Positions 1-12,408 of a stretch of DNA of 64,000 nucleotides are shown piece by piece (positions within the stretch are counted from its first letter, which is position 1; the number at the start of each line of letters is the position of its first letter). The DNA is from Dimorphilus gyrociliatus (taxonomy: Eukaryota; Animalia; Annelida). The stretch lies in contig CAJFCJ010000019.1 in assembly GCA_904063045.1 (NCBI GenBank), positions 2,920,684-2,984,683 of the forward strand. Reading direction: 5' to 3'. A model generated the notes under the pieces. That model worked only from the letters and a program-made list of their open reading frames with translations. It had not been told where the DNA came from and made no database searches. Both the position numbers and the translations under genes were made by a program.

Positions 1-438
1 AAGTGGCGAGGAGAAGGAAACGCCCATACATACGTTCATAAAAGGGTGGAAATCGTTAGGCGTAAACTGGATTGGAGGTTGCTGTCGTGTCAACCCGAGG
101 GATATACGTTTAATTCATAGAGAAATGAGTTCGTAATTGTTTCAAAATAAAGGACTTTAATGTTCAATGTCGCTTTGTTGCAATACTAAAAAGAAATACA
201 TGTATATGTAACACCTAAGACCAGTAAAGCACCGCCGAAAATCTCCCAGGGTGAGACGCGCTCGTTGTGTAGAAGATTATTGCATAATATGTGTGGTGGC
301 CGCTCACTAATTCAAACCTACCTCCTTCCTTCTCAAGCGGCCAATGTCGTGAAGAAGCGCAACAGATGCAGGAAACGACTGAACGTAATTGATCTGTGCG
401 GGCTTGACGTCTCGCGTTAGAATCCGTACCCAAAAAAT

Positions 439-776
439 TTCTCACGAAATATTCAAAAGAAACCTACCGACATTTATGAATAATAGAAACGTTGTCAGCT
501 GGTCTGCTGCTAAAGCTTTTTCCTAATCAATTATCTATTAGCCTCGAGTGTTTATTTACTGGCGTTGAAATTGCCAATGGAGGCTCGTGCCCTCAAGGCC
601 TACGGCACGCGACGCCGTTATCTGATTCTAAGGTCCTTTACATGAACCGTACGTGTATCCCGTTGATTTCATCCATTATCATTCCTACCAAAATTTATAA
701 AGCTAATTGACGTTCCTTATGAATACGCGCGCCATAGGACTATAATGGATGCTCATTTACAAGGAATTTGTGAGAA
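439..776 (+). promoter_or_regulatory. Atonal upstream regulatory cluster: Hairy/E(spl) class C site and two Su(H)/CSL-type sites
   Basis: GGCACGCGAC at 604-613; CGTGAGAA on the minus strand at 439-446; TGTGAGAA at 769-776; TATAA at 741-745. Confidence 0.5.
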
Positions 777-835
777 ATCCAAGCTTAATTAAACACTCGA
801 ACAGAGGCGGAGCTTGAATAAAAGGCGGGGCTTGT

Positions 836-1198
836 ATGGGCGACCCCTATCGACTAGACGCTCGTTTCCGCATTGATATTTCCCGAACGATGGAAGGCGA
901 ATGTTGGTGTCAATTTCAAGCGAATCCTCAGTTTTCAATAATGTCAACGAAAAAGAAACGTGGCCCTCCGAAACAAACAACAACAAAAGAAGTGGTAAAG
1001 AAAAGAAGGTTAGCAGCAAACGCCAGAGAACGAAAAAGAATGACTAGCTTAAATGTAGCGTTTGATAAATTGCGAGAAGTTGTCCCATCCATAAGTTCGG
1101 AGAGGAAGCTGAGTAAATATGAAACGCTGCAAATGGCTCAAAGTTATATTGCCGCATTAGAGAAATTACTACAAAATGCGGACGGAAGTTCACCATGA
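836..1198 (+). CDS. ato: Atonal-family proneural bHLH transcription factor (atonal/amos/ATOH1-7 like), single exon
   Basis: ORF contains [54 protein letters not shown], the diagnostic atonal-class basic region and HLH. Confidence 0.93.
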   Translation: MGDPYRLDARFRIDISRTMEGECWCQFQANPQFSIMSTKKKRGPPKQTTTKEVVKKRRLAANARERKRMTSLNVAFDKLREVVPSISSERKLSKYETLQMAQSYIAALEKLLQNADGSSP

Positions 1199-2713
1199 TT
1201 TTACTTTTATCGACTGCATAGATTCTTTTTGTTACGAACATTTAAAAAATTTCTTTCTTTATTTGTCATTTCGCTTAATTTTTGTATTTTTCATACGTTT
1301 TTTAAATTTCTTCTTTGAGGAAAATTAATACAACAGAAGCTATTGCGTATGCGTGTGTAAATAACATGCTTCTCTTCCACGAACTACCTTAATTAATGAC
1401 ATAACTCAAATCGAATTGCGACAGGTAAGACGCATGTCAAGCCAGCATGACGCCACATTGATGATCACTTGTAGATTCTTTAAAAATTCTCATCATTTTC
1501 AGAGGCACATTTATACAAATGAAATAAATAGCAATGAACAAAGGCGTCTTTTACTCTTTGCATTCTTCAAAGAGATGTAATTTAGCGTCCTATTACAAAA
1601 AAAGTTTGTTATAATTGCTTGCGGGACAATCCATTAAAGAGGTAGGTCAAAGCTGATCGGACAAGACGTCAAGTAGGGAAGAAGAAGAGTTGGAGGTTAA
1701 GAAGGTCCACCTCCTCCTACGCTTGATAAATGCATCAAAAGAAAACGAGTATGTTTTTTCGCTTTTACCAATTGATTATTTTTGCGTGTTGCATTTTCGT
1801 CGATAGAATGTGTCATTATGTAATTCAATACAATCGTTTTGAAGTATAATTATAATAGATGGCGCTCTCTTTCGCGAAAAAAACAAAGGAACTTATAACG
1901 CAAGCTCAACGTAAATAAGCAGATTGGAAATGAAGCGTGATCTTATTCCGACTCACTGCTTTATCGGAATTAGAAGATACATGTCCTATAGGACTGTATT
2001 CTGACGGAAGAAGAAATGAAATTTGTGCGTGACTTAAACCGATATATAGAAATGTCACATGGCGACAATTTGTCGTCAAAATTCTTAACGATTAAACCGT
2101 TAATATCTCAATAAAAAGAGACAATTCAACAAAACTAAAAGTTAAAATTCATTCAAACATTTTTGTTTGTTTGTTTTTTTTTCTTTTTATCATAAAATTT
2201 AATGTTTTTGTAGTAAAAAAAAAAATAAACTGTTAACTTTCAAAGGTAAAATATTCAGAAAAAAATTATAATTAGATAAATTCTCAACAGTAGAATTTCG
2301 CTTGTCGGCTAAGCAAAATCACTTTGATTTTGTTATTTAAAATGATATGCTTTGTTTTTTTTGCTTTCCTTGTAATACTGAAGTTCAACACAACTGCAGG
2401 CCTTTTTTTCTTTTTCATTTAAACTTTATAAAAAAAAAAACAACTTCCTACTAAACGAATGCTATTCTTTCTTCATAAACTGTAACGAAATAAAAGGTAT
2501 AATTAGAAATGTAATATAATTGATATATAAATAAATAGATAAATAAATAGTATGTGTTTTGTGCAATAGCCGTTTTCAATTTTGAAAGTGCGAATAAATA
2601 ATTGACAAGGTCGTAGAGAGAAGGACGAACTGAGGGTATGGGGGGGGATGAGAGAAGGAGGGGAGAAAATTTTGTATGATAACGACATCTATCGGCAAAA
2701 ACTTTACCTACGA

Positions 2714-5700
2714 CTAAGGTTTTGAGAGTCTAGACGCTTTCAACCGTTCCATAATTGGTGTTCGCACTGTTTGTTTTGTTTGTACCTTGTATACTAAAAA
2801 CTAGATAGATTATCGGACAAAATTATACATACTTGGTGATTTTGAGTTAGTAGTTGAGGATGCTTGCGACCCATGCGACCCTATATTTTTCGCTATCCGC
2901 TGTTGATGGATGGCATCTTCATAACGAGGTAGAGGGGGTCTTGAAGTGCAGCGCTTAGTACCTGATTAAAAAAAATCTATGAGAAGCCTTGCGCAAGTTC
3001 TTTATATTAAATTAAACAGCGGTGTATATACAACATACAATATATTTGTATGTATCTTACAATATACAATTTTCTGCATATTAAAAAAAGACAAAAAACT
3101 TGTCGTCGTTAGCAGAGCGTAGAAAAAGTGTCGATGTGTACCTGATAAACGACTATTAGTCGAAAGTTGCTTGACAGCATCGTCGTAGGAAGGTAGGGGA
3201 GGTCTGATTTCTTGTCGTGCTATATATATACCCATTAATAAACAGCAAGAGCTATACTAGAAAATACTTTAACCTACTTTCTGAAAAGTGACTTTCTACA
3301 CTCGACACGCTGTTATTACCCGAATCGGAATCATTCGATGTCGTTTTAGGCGGACGAGGAGGAGGACGATGATTAGCCTGGGGCGATAAAGCATGCCTCG
3401 GTATTGGATTGTGTTTATCATTATGAGGTCTCGTCTTGGAACGGAGGCTAATTAATTTGTTTACGTTATCCACATTATCCACTCCTGAAATTAAGATTGA
3501 AATTACTTGAATAATAATAAAGCTTTAAGAATTCTACAGATTCAGAAACGAATAAATGAAATGGGAAAAAGAGTTGACTAATAGTTAAACGTAGTTACAA
3601 ACATTTCATTGATAGAGAAACGAAAGCAAGCAAAAATATAAAATAAAGTGTGCAAAAAATCTCTTTCAATATCTAAAAATAAGTGTTGATGGTTCGTTGA
3701 CTTCCATGCTCTAATTTACGTAAAACAACATATGAACCCTCCCTACCATGAACATAAACTGATTGAGTTCTTTTTATCTTTTCTCCAAAGGTCCAGCTAC
3801 GCTTTCTTATGGCGCTAAGACCAAGGTCTATTGCTTTTTAGAGGCAATCATAGATATCGAAAAAAAAGTTACATTTAACAAATGTACACGCAGAATATAG
3901 TAGTAAATTAGATATGAGATGCTAAATTGTTTCTACGGCTTACCGAAAGCATGAGGAGCCAGATTTGGTGAGGATGCTTGATCTCGTTTTAGACTCTGTG
4001 AGGATCCTGTTAAAATACGTCATAATAAGAAAAAAAAATACACCAATCTGACGGTTTACAAAAAAAAAAGAATGTTTTTGACAGAATTTTCTAGATTATC
4101 TAAAAACAAACTGTGTATAAAAAAATTATATATCGTTCTAGGTCTAATTTAAGATAATAATAATAAGAAAAAAATGTCATGTACACAATATGCATTAGAT
4201 TTTCTAGGGGTCATGCATCAAAGATTTCCGCATGAATACAAACTAGAATAAAAAATAACGTTATATAAAAACAAATATATGTAATAAATAAATAAATAAA
4301 TAAATAAATATATATATATATATATATACTATACTATATATAGTATATATCTATATACTTAGAGATAGATATATAGATGGATAGAAACGTATTTACAGCA
4401 TATATATCGTATCTTGAATGTTTATATGCTGTACATATCTACAGTATACAAATAAGCTACTGGTCTGGAAGATACTGTTTGATTTAAATCTTTTTATATC
4501 CTTTTTTTTTCGGCTAACGAAGACATGCTAAAGGAAGAATAAACGGGCTTATTTTCTTTCAAATCACTCACTCGTTTTTATAATTAGGTGACTTTGAAGT
4601 TGACACCTTTCGTTTTGTATAAAAAGCACGTTTGGAAATATATTATTGGTACAAAAATATTAAAAGGTTATTTTTACCTTGATTGTTTTCACATTGAAAA
4701 GACAAGTCTCGTAATACATCTGTATTCTCTATCACTTTTATCTTGCTTAAGTAATCTCTTGATTTCCTAACCATTAACGTATCGTCGTACATCTTCTTCA
4801 AGTTAATTGTTGATGATGACCTTCGTTTTCGTCTTAGGGTTGCCACAGTTGGAGTAGAATTTGTAGATTGATCCCGGCAACCAAAGGCGCTAAAAATTTT
4901 GTCAGAATGTGCTGTTGAGGCTGGCTGACCTTTGAAGAATAACGGTTGCAATGAGCTATGAACTGTTGCCATGTTACAAGCATTGCGGATTTCCTTAGCT
5001 AGCATACGCATCTTCTCAAAATTGATCAAACCATCCACTTTATCGTCGTTTCCCAAATGGATAAAAGACAAATCCTTTTTCAGTAGAGGGAAGAACGGAA
5101 TCATAGGCGGTTGAACCCTCTCGCTACTTACTATATTGCGGTAGTTAGCAAAGTTCCTTATCGGATTTAAAATGTCTTTCATTTCTTCTAACCATTGCAT
5201 ATGTTTGTGATTTACTTTCTCCCAAGTTGAATGAAGTCTAGTTACATGAGTATGATCTAGTCCACTAACAATAGCAAACATTGAATTAAAGTTCTTTAAT
5301 TCCCTACAGTGTCGTGCAATTTTAATGAAGTGTTTTAGAAGTTTAACTCTTCTTATGAGATTTGATTCGTTCAACACTTCAGTAACTACCCAGTATGTTT
5401 CCTTATTTACGAGACGAACGAACGGTGTTAAATTCGGCGTCCCAAAGCGGCTAGACCGATCGAATAATTCGTCAATATACTCCGTCGATTGAATTTGATG
5501 GAACAAATGAAAGTCGTTAAGCGTCAATTGTGCCGCTACTTCAGCCGCCTGTAACTGCAGGAGTGGCGAACGACTTTCGGCCAAAAGCTCGTATTTTTGT
5601 TCATCCGGAATGAGAGGCTGAGTTTCTGAATTTTCTTTAATATAGTACCTATAATCACGGGTTTATTGCAAGGTATAGAGTAATTAACTGGTCTTTCATT

Positions 5701-8700
5701 TAAGCACGAACCTGCCGTTTAACGAGCTCCTTTCCGCCAAATTAGTAAGCTGATCGGGTAGACGCCGCTGCTTAACAACGTCTTCGCTTTCGACAGTTAC
5801 TTCACATAGAGAATAATTCGAACAGTTTTCCGTGATTCCAAACTGCTTTAAGCTAGCCAAAACGGTTTGATGTGCTGTAGTTTGCTGTAAATGTTACAGC
5901 TGGTGTTATTTAATGAAATCTATAATAGACAACAAGTGCCTACTTTACCTTATTGAGGCATATTAGTTTGAATGTTTGATCTGATTTGAACACTTTTATA
6001 ACGGAATCATGTACGGTTCGTATATCACTATCGTCAAGGCATAGAGAGGATAAGTCTGGATTTGAGGCAGACAAATTGAGACGACTTGAACTTGATGAAC
6101 TTAAACTTCTTCTGAGACGACCATCATCAGATGCTCTATCATCGATTATCTCGGATTTTGGTTTGGTATACAATTTCATCAGCGCTTTACGTAGTCTCAG
6201 AGCTTTCGGTCCGCTGCTAATAAATCCCTTCTTTTTCACTACTTCCTTACCTGCAGATGGTGTTCTCACGACTGGTTTCGTTCTTTGAGCTAAAGAATCG
6301 CAGCTACTGGAACTCGACCGACTGCCTGAAGATAAGCGCCGTGCAGCGAAGGTTTCGGTAGTTTCTTGCAATAGTTCATTAAACGCTGAAAATCGAATTT
6401 CTTATATTGAAGTAAATAAATCGAGAGTGAAATTTCACACCCACACATTAAATTCGATTTAACGGTAATCGATAAGTGCATCGAACCCCGTAATATGTCT
6501 TCCGCTCCTTTTTCACTAATGTTTTCGAAATCCGTATTGTTTACTTCTAAAATTTGATCGGCTCTCTTTAAACCAGCCTCGTAAGCCTTACTATTTTTTT
6601 GAACGCTTGCGACGAAAATCGGTGCAGCTTTGTCGTAGCCTCCAATGATTTTAAACTTTAAATCCTCGTATTTTTCGCATTTGCATATTTTAATAATCCT
6701 AGTCCTAGCTTTAGTCGAACACGCAATATTTAATAGTCGTAATTGCCCATTCATTCCTTCATGTCGCAACAAATTTTCAAATTTTTCTAGGAACTCGCTC
6801 ATACAAGCCTCATTTTCGAAGTCATTGAAGTGATTGTTGACCCACAGTAGAACGACCCGTGTTACCTGGAAATGGCGTTATTATCACCCAAGCGTAAAAG
6901 CAGTTTGAAGAGAAAGTACTTACACGATCCCTCAACCTCTTATCGTCAAACCAGTCTAGTAACTTGCACGTCAATTCCGTAGGTGATTTCAGAAACGTGC
7001 GGCACGTGAGTAGAAAATCTTCAACGTATGTTGGATCGACTGTTGAGTGCTCTTGGACTAGTTGCCACATCAATTTTTCATTCGTTCCCTGCAGTATAGC
7101 AGATAACGTTGGCTCATTTAGATAAGAACCTATCTATTACGAACCCTTATTACTATATAACCGCTCTTTGATCCTGCGTCTAATACTCGATATTCCGTCA
7201 CTAAAACGACTTTGTCATTCTCTTCGTGTCTAACTGTATTTTGTTCTCCCTTTGTAGAGATAGAATAGTCTCGGAATTAATTAAGACTTGTAAGTGAGCT
7301 TACATACCTGAGTGAGTATCCGATAATAATTTTCCTGATCTATACAAAGGAATTGGCAGTTATCGACTTTTGTCTTCATGATACCAATGTGTTTTTGAAC
7401 GTTGCGACTTGGTGTGATGCCAAAACTGCATTGTATAAACGAATTAGCATCTAAAGCAATTGCTACTATAAATGTTGTTTTTTTGCGAAATAACAATCTC
7501 GGAAAATGCGCATATCAATGGTAAACGATAAAGCATAGAATAAAATTCCACATATATAACTACTAGAAATGGATTGCAAATGGCTTAATAAGATAAAGTA
7601 AAACGCATTTTACCTATCTCCCATATGCAAGTGAGATATGGTCTTATCCATTTTTTCAACTTCGACGTGCCCATTGAGAATCACAGACCAGGAATCTAAC
7701 TGTTCCCCATTTTGCAGAACAATAGTATTTGACTTTTCTACAACTGCAAAGACCATAACCTTGCAAAGCTCCCGCCTTGTGGCTAGAGTCATGTTGGCAA
7801 AGGCCGGAAGGTGCTGAAAGTTTTCGAGTAAAACGTCAATATCTTCTTCAGTTCGTTCCTTTCTCTCTTTTTCCAAAATTTCTCTAACATTATCCCGCAT
7901 AAGAGACTGAATAGGGGGAGGGAGAAAAATGAAAAAATTACAAACGTTATTGAAGTTTTAGATTCATCAGTACGCTGCACGAATAAATAGCACACCTGCG
8001 TTAAACGAATAAATTGCATATTATAAGAAAATAGAAAATTTTCAAACAATTTCGACATGTTTGCTAATTAATTCCTCGCTAATCCAATCAGAATAATAAA
8101 AGTTTGTCGGTTCAATTAGGCGCTTCTTTACATATATGTCCTATATTGATTGCTGAAAATTGCTAGTAGAACACTACGATATCCAAATAATGAAAATAAA
8201 CGACTAGGTAGAACGTCGAATATGTACAAATGATCAAACGTTCCGGTAGCGAGCTCTAGGCGAACTGCAAAAAAAAAAAAAAACCTAGCGTTCGCTTGCC
8301 GGCATCTCTATAGCCGATCTCATCGATTCGACAACGCCGTTTTTATTATTCATTTCCAAATATGGCCTACTTGCCCATTCATTGCTAAGAATTCTACTGG
8401 CGGCTATAATGTCGTTAACGCCAACGAATACACTAATAGGATATAATTTTTCAAATTGCAACTTCTTATTCCCAAACCACTTTAAACGAATAAGGAAAAA
8501 TACGAAGTAAAAGATTATTCAAAAATTATGCGTTTGCGTGACAGGAAATAAGCGACGCCAAACTCAGCGAAAAATTCTTTCCTTTGACGTAGTTTGTAAT
8601 AATTCTGTCAAGCTACTACTACTAATTGAGAGACTATGGGGGGGGGAGGGGAACTGCAGGAAAGGAAAGTAAGGCGCCAGCAAAACGTAAAAAAAAACTC

Positions 8701-9251
8701 TCGAAAAATTGATTGTCCTTAAAAAAGAATTCAATAAACCTAAAAGCGCCATCTATAGTCAATTATTACTTACAGTTTCGCCGAAATCTAAGTAACTCTC
8801 TTCTTCATCCGAATCGACTAATGTTTCGCTTAATCCCGATAGATCTGCATTTATTTCTCCACTTATTGAACTTTGCATAACGTCTGAACCACTGTAAGCA
8901 CTAGATGTATCGGAGGCGTGTGAATTTCGTTTACCAAACGTCGTAAAAGTCATATGGGATCTGGACAGGTTGACGTCATCACTCGTAGTCTGAAAAACAG
9001 ATAGTATGAATGTATATATTAATATATTTATATATAAATCAAGAAATAGTTTTAATTTGTACAAATTTTAAAAAAAAACTTAATTGAAGGTTGTATTTTT
9101 CACACAATACGTGAATGGAATATTTTTTTTTTATAAAAAAAATCGTATTAGTGAGTAAATTTACCCGATTTAGAAATCCATCTGACGAATGATATTGGTA
9201 ACGAGTCAGTTTAGTTCCGCTGTAATCGTTCGTGAAATTCTGTTTCGGCAT
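2714..9251 (-). CDS. RAPGEF2: Rap guanine nucleotide exchange factor 2/6 (PDZ-GEF; cNMP-binding, REM, PDZ, RA, RasGEF domains), multi-exon; extreme 3' exon uncertain
   Basis: Spliced exons give [50 protein letters not shown] (cNMP), [12 protein letters not shown] (REM), [12 protein letters not shown] (PDZ), [17 protein letters not shown] (RA) and [32 protein letters not shown] (CDC25). The GT-AG junctions I checked keep the frame. Confidence 0.93.
4283..4375. repeat. (AAAT)n followed by (TA)n microsatellite, intronic
   Basis: aataaataaataaataaataaataaatatatatatatatatatact visible directly. Confidence 0.8.
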
Positions 9252-9940
9252 GATATCGCGATCGGCGTTCCTATATTCCGTCTATTTTTAAACGGGGAAA
9301 GAGCAAATATCTCTTTTACTACTGATACTGTGTGTGTTTTTTTTTTAAAATTGGTAGGCCTATTAAATGCTTACTAACCAGTATCAGCCCATCGTCGAAA
9401 TCGTATAACCAACAGTCCTTGTTAGCCGGCACCTTTTTATCAAACCTGAAAAATTTAAGAGAAAGAATTTATTAGTCGATCAATAAAAATTCGATCTGTG
9501 TAATGTTGTCAGCATCGTCGTTATCAATTTAAATAGATATCTTACGTATATCGCTTCTTACGAATCATCCTTAATTAGCTATTAAAGTTGTAAAATCTTC
9601 CATATTGTTTTCTAATAAGATTTATAGATTAATAAATTGTATAATTTGATTAACAGTTTTCTCCTACGCCCGCCATAAAACATAAACAACACGCCATTCT
9701 CTGACTCATCCAGGTGCTGCTATTCTCGCGTATACCTGAGCGCCACCTCGGAATTTCTCATTATTAGTCAAAGGCGACTATACGCTCTTTCTTTAATGGC
9801 CAATAGTAAATTCGTTTTGGCGCTAAGTTGTGCAAACACCAAAAAATTAATCGTGACCCGGTTACTCCGTGCCGTTTATTTATAAAACCAACATTGATAA
9901 ATGTCGAACAAATGGGAGACAAATTTCTACACAAAACGTT

Positions 9941-10834
9941 CTACCTGAAGATAACAAACAAAACCCCAACCATGCCCGCTAAAATTGTTACTGTCAACGA
10001 GAAAGGAGTTTGTACATTCCACCAGTTTGCGTATTTTGAGTCTCCAGAGTAAACGATGACGTCATCTACTTTGCGCTTTCTAATGTTTTTTGTAACAAAA
10101 TTCCCCGAAGCGTTTTTAACAGACTTTTGGAAAGAGTTAATTTGTTGAGTTGAAAGAGGCACATGACCATCCAAAATATACCAGCGGACACCCTTTGAAC
10201 ATGGGGGCGTTGTTAGAGATCCTCTATAAAAAAAGTAGCTTCCTAAATTAGTTGGAAGAAGTGAGAGTAATGCAACTGGACGAAGTTTCGCACCAAGGCC
10301 TATTGCTTTGGAAAGTGAAGATATAATTTGAGTATAGCCAGGATTGTGTTTTTTAGAATCTTCGATATGAAAAGCCCAAACTGCAATACCGTCTTCTTTA
10401 CCAATAGCATCCTCGTAAGATTTATAAGTTTTAGAAAAATGATAGACTTGTACTTCCATTCTCATTTCTCTATTATCTATAACATGCTCCACTCCTCCCC
10501 AATGGAAGACGACATGACTAGTCTTATATTCTCCTTCTAAACCACCATCCCAAACCAAATAATCTCCTTTCAATTCTAAGTGAACGGTGTTTTCTTTGAC
10601 TACCAAGTTCCATTCAGCTCCTGGTGGGACACTCTCGTGTCCTCTTAATTGAAAGAAAGTGAGATGAGGAAAATATTGGACGGAAGAAGTAGTATTGATT
10701 CGTATAGGAGATTGTCCGCTTTCACAGAGAGGGTATTTTTCGGACCATTTCTCCTGGTGTGAGTAATCCCACGTTTCTTTTAGAAAAACGAAAGAAAGCC
10801 GAGAGATTATGAAAAAGATCTTGTAAATTCCCAT
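9941..10834 (-). CDS. Alpha-carbonic anhydrase-like protein with putative signal peptide and C-terminal hydrophobic anchor; probably acatalytic (CARP-like)
   Basis: WDY..W..C..GQSPI, FHWG..VEH, GSLTTPPC motifs; hydrophobic N- and C-termini; two zinc-ligand His positions replaced (HVVFHWG, MEVQVYH). Confidence 0.88.
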   Translation of the reverse strand: MGIYKIFFIISRLSFVFLKETWDYSHQEKWSEKYPLCESGQSPIRINTTSSVQYFPHLTFFQLRGHESVPPGAEWNLVVKENTVHLELKGDYLVWDGGLEGEYKTSHVVFHWGGVEHVIDNREMRMEVQVYHFSKTYKSYEDAIGKEDGIAVWAFHIEDSKKHNPGYTQIISSLSKAIGLGAKLRPVALLSLLPTNLGSYFFYRGSLTTPPCSKGVRWYILDGHVPLSTQQINSFQKSVKNASGNFVTKNIRKRKVDDVIVYSGDSKYANWWNVQTPFSLTVTILAGMVGVLFVIFR

Positions 10835-12408
10835 CTGTAGATGGTAGCTTGTCGTCTGCTATTGCAGTATACCCTTCTATGACGTCATAAACGGAGAGCT
10901 CGTGACGGACTGGTTTTCAGTTTTCGTTTAGCCATTTTTATGCTTGTTCCCAAAAGAATAATCAAATAGAGCGAAAAAATAGCAAATAATGGAATATTTA
11001 TTGATTTCTACTCCAGTTGCAGTTTATTCTGTTCACATAAACTAGATGGCGCACAGAACTTAGAAGATCAATAGACAGATGTTTTTTTCAAAGTCATAAG
11101 AAAAATGTATTATTTTGTTTTTAGTGTAGATATATAAATATATCTAATATAAGTATTATTGTCATATCAATTATCTATAATTAATGAGTTACATAAGAAA
11201 AATACAATTATCTTTATCTATTTCAAATCTGAAAAATCTATATAATAATTGATAATCATTTTATTTCCACGGTTCAGCAAACTTTGAATGAAAGAATCGT
11301 TCATTTATATGCAAGTTTCTATCTCCTCTTCTTATTCTAAATTTCGGTAGAATCTTTCCATCGTTACGGAATAAAGTCCCATTTTGGCGAGTAATTTCTT
11401 TGTTTAGTATCTTCTCTCTTTGCGCGTTTGGCCGATAGAACATGTTTATTTCGCGTTCCATTTTTCACAAATATCTTTGAAGTTTAAATTTCTTCTTCTA
11501 TCGAGAGAAAGAGAGGGAGAGAGAGACCTTTTACGAATGTGTCGCTGTCAAGTGCTTACCGGATTAGGGCCGTTTTATGTTAAATAAACAAGAATGTGAA
11601 AGTTTTTTAGATTGGTATATTTGAAAAAGCTGGCAAATATATAACTAGTTGTGAAGAGAAAGAATCTATGCTATTAGTTTATCCGATTAATCAAGGAGAA
11701 AGGATTTTAGCTCAAAAACAAAAAGTTATTACCGGAAATCTTTTCTAAATATTTATTATTTTTTAGAGGGTTAAAAAAAACTTTTCTCTGACGTAAATAC
11801 CGTTTATTTCGTAAATAAACAATAATATTAACATGACAAAACGCGTAGTAAAAGCCATAGGATATTAGAAAATGGGATATATAATCCTCCTTTCGTTCGC
11901 TAAATAAATATTCAGCCTATTTGAAACAGTGCTCCAAAATTAAATTATCCTCAGATCAGTTCCTTAACTAAAGAAGAATTAATCTATAGATTGGATCCAG
12001 ATTAAAAGCCTAAAATATTTCGGATAAAGTAGATAAAATATATTTGATAAGACAATAACCATTATCTCTCTTTTTTAATTATTTATTTACTAAAAAAGAT
12101 AGAGAAAATAACTCAATTCGCTAAATTAATAATGAGAGAAAATTCTCCATTGAAATTTGGTTCTAATATTTTATAATCTTATTATTTTATTAAAAATTAG
12201 AGTAATAAAAGTGCGTTGACATGCCAGCAATCGATTTTAAATTTAAATAAATTGGAATTTGAATATTACTATTTGTTTATCCCCATCGAGTCTGTCCGTG
12301 TCGAAGAAGTCGGAGATTACGCACTTTTTCAGTGCAACGGCGACTTCATTGTCAATAAAATATATCTCAGAACAATTCATTCGTTGTTCAACCTCTTAAC
12401 AGCTAATT

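Noticed and set aside
361-370. AACAGATGCA as an Atonal autoregulatory E-box
   Set aside because: The 3' flank does not match the extended Atoh1 consensus, and single E-boxes are common by chance.
215-710. ORFs 215-445 (-) and 492-710 (+)
   Set aside because: No recognisable domain or splice context; more likely GC-richer regulatory DNA upstream of atonal.
3940-4010. Possible C/D snoRNA (ATGAGGA..) in the RAPGEF intron
   Set aside because: No terminal stem or well-placed D box; better explained as a minus-strand in-frame cassette exon.
5986-6288. 100-aa plus-strand ORF
   Set aside because: Antisense shadow of a Ser-rich RAPGEF exon.
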